Source: Lepidodermella squamata (lineage: Eukaryota; Animalia; Gastrotricha). From it: 64,000 nucleotides of DNA. Location: contig JBLDXI010000007.1 in assembly GCA_047495785.1 (NCBI GenBank), forward strand, positions 310,001 through 374,000, written 5' to 3'. The stretch's first letter is position 1. The number at the start of each line of letters is the position of its first letter. A program made the position numbers and the translations under genes. Below are positions 62,235 to 64,000 of this stretch, in pieces. The notes under the pieces are model-generated. The model was given only the letters and a program-made list of their open reading frames with translations, did no database searches and was not told the DNA's origin.

Positions 62235-63332
62235 AAAAGCGAGCTTATAAACTGAAAAGTGACCATCTGTTTTATTTACCTGTGGAATTTATTCTAAAGA
62301 AATAAATAATGATAAAAATAAAATAATTAGATTAGATATGTAATAGTTGATCACTACTTCTTACGGCTGAGTTGCTCGTGGGCAGGATCAAAAGAATCAC
62401 ACTAGAGAAATCTCGATATTGTTTTTGTTGTTGATGTTTGAATAACTTTACATTGGCTGCTTGTCATTACGATATATAAGGTCAAGAGAACATATGGTCA
62501 TGGCGGAGCAACACTTGAAAAATACCTGTCACAAACGCGTGTGAACATGCGAGGTCTCGTCTAATTGTTGTTTTCTGCGCTACGCCGCGCGCCAACGGAT
62601 CAAGCGTGTTATTAAGCAAAAAACACCTCAGCGCACCTGGGCTGGTTTTTTTCGCGTTAACACTCTAGGTAAACATTATTTCTGACAAATTATGCTTTTA
62701 ATGCGGGGGGATACCTATTTTATTTTCAAACAATATTCCCGACACTAATCATTTAGATTTTAAATACCAGTCTTGAAAAGACATGTTATTACGAACTTCG
62801 CTGCTTCGGTGCAGAGAAATTCGCTCAATTTATAAAAAAAAGCCTCTCTTTTTAATCAATTAAGAAGAATTGAGTTTGTCGTAATTAAATTTTCAAACAA
62901 ACTTTAATGTTTTTTCAGAGAAATTTAATTAATTTATTAGCTGAAAATAATCTATGATTATGAACACTTTTTATGTTGTATTTTCCGGCTGGTTTTTAAA
63001 ATGCCAGCAAATTAACTGGTGTCTGAGAACTATTGCGAGCGCGCGTCTTGCTACGCGCGACACTTGTCACCTTGAGTGAAGCGTACCCACAACTGCGATA
63101 TAAAGACACCGCCGAAACCACATCCTTCATCGGCTTTTCTAATTACCATGCCGATGGCTTTTGCGACGACGGCAAAGATGACGCGCTCTAGCATTAGAAA
63201 AATGTCTTTTACTGCGCTTCATTGTTGTCGCTACTATACTGCATTTGCTGCGCAGTTTTCACAGCAGAAATAAAACAATGCTAGCCAACTGTTTTATAAG
63301 GATATTTTTTACGAATTTTTCCTGACTTTTTG

Positions 63333-63961
63333 ATGGGTCCTAATTTACTCATACCCATCGGCTTGCTTCAAGCCCTCGTTTTTGCCGGCACAGCGCTTGG
63401 TTTGTTTTTCTTCGCACTGAAAAAATCTGATGAGGAAAAAATTATATCCACAGCTCAGCAACAATGCCCAAGGCTGCTGGATACCATGGTTCCACCGAAT
63501 TTTGTTATGGAACAGAGCACGAGATATACGAATCGCGAAAGTGGCCTACAAATCTTCACTGAACTCAGAATCCCATGCGATGGTGATTTTTTAATATTCC
63601 TAATCTCAGCGATTTTAAAACAAATTTTCAGGCTACATTACTGAGTGGCGTTTTATCGCGGCGAATCCACTTGTTTACGGACTCCATTTAGCCATTTTCC
63701 GCCCAACCACAGCTGGGTCGGTGAAATTCATCGACGAAAGCTATTTGGAAGCGCTTTCGACGCCGAACAAAGAGGGCGGCGTTTGGATTTACTACCCGTT
63801 GGACACGCCGATTCAGGTGAAAACGGGCGACTACGTCGGCATGTTCTACGACCGATTTAAAACATCCTACGATTTACTAACGATTAGCAGTCAAACTGTT
63901 GACTCGAGCACGCCGCCAACTTACGTTTTCATCATGGACGATCCTTCGATCAAAAAATCAC
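63333..63961 (+). CDS. G21: array member, 5' part only (signal peptide + domain X; continues beyond window)
   Basis: MGPNLLIPIGLLQALVFAGTAL|; ESGLQIFTELRIPCDG|YITEWRF..GLHLAIFRP..VKTGDYVGMFYD; donor gtgagt at 63962. Confidence 0.85.
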
Positions 63962-64000
63962 GTGAGTTTTCGGAGCCGAATAATTAGCCTATTAGGATAA

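Noticed and set aside
1-64000. Assigning gene symbols (papilin/mig-6, bli-5, TFPI etc.) or a species
   Set aside because: Only the Kunitz-like module is shared, and architecture and Cys spacing differ from those genes. Short introns and possible trans-splicing are compatible with several invertebrate phyla.

Overview
Eukaryotic (metazoan-type) genomic DNA with short AT-rich spliceosomal introns (mostly ~45-65 nt). The ORF track fragments the genes, so I rebuilt them by hand from GT/GC-AG junctions and reading phase. The whole window is one co-oriented (+ strand) tandem array of 21 gene models, partial at both ends. The 20 whose 5' end lies in the window begin with a signal-peptide-like N-terminus. 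Together they carry 31 copies of a ~160-190 aa beta-strand-rich domain I do not recognise as a named family (here 'domain X'; core C..[YF]PFxE[AS]GLQIF..L.[IV]PCxG.L..W.F....GLHLAVFR...LVGET...W...P[IL].VK.GD.LG.[FY]YD...LTI...PTYV...R.PAL.A). Domain X is usually followed by a Thr/Pro-rich mucin-like stalk and then one of three endings. These are a variant Kunitz/BPTI-like domain with a shortened CxxFxGC loop (17 copies, only in 0.1-45.4 kb), an unrecognised ~105-aa 10-Cys module encoded by phase-0 mini-exons (6 copies, only in 51.6-62.2 kb), or neither. Also visible: a young chimeric gene built from parts of two neighbours, operon-tight gene spacing, two GC-AG introns, several MITE-like elements and a long hairpin. 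No RNA genes, CRISPR arrays or prokaryotic features were seen, and the organism cannot be identified from the sequence alone.
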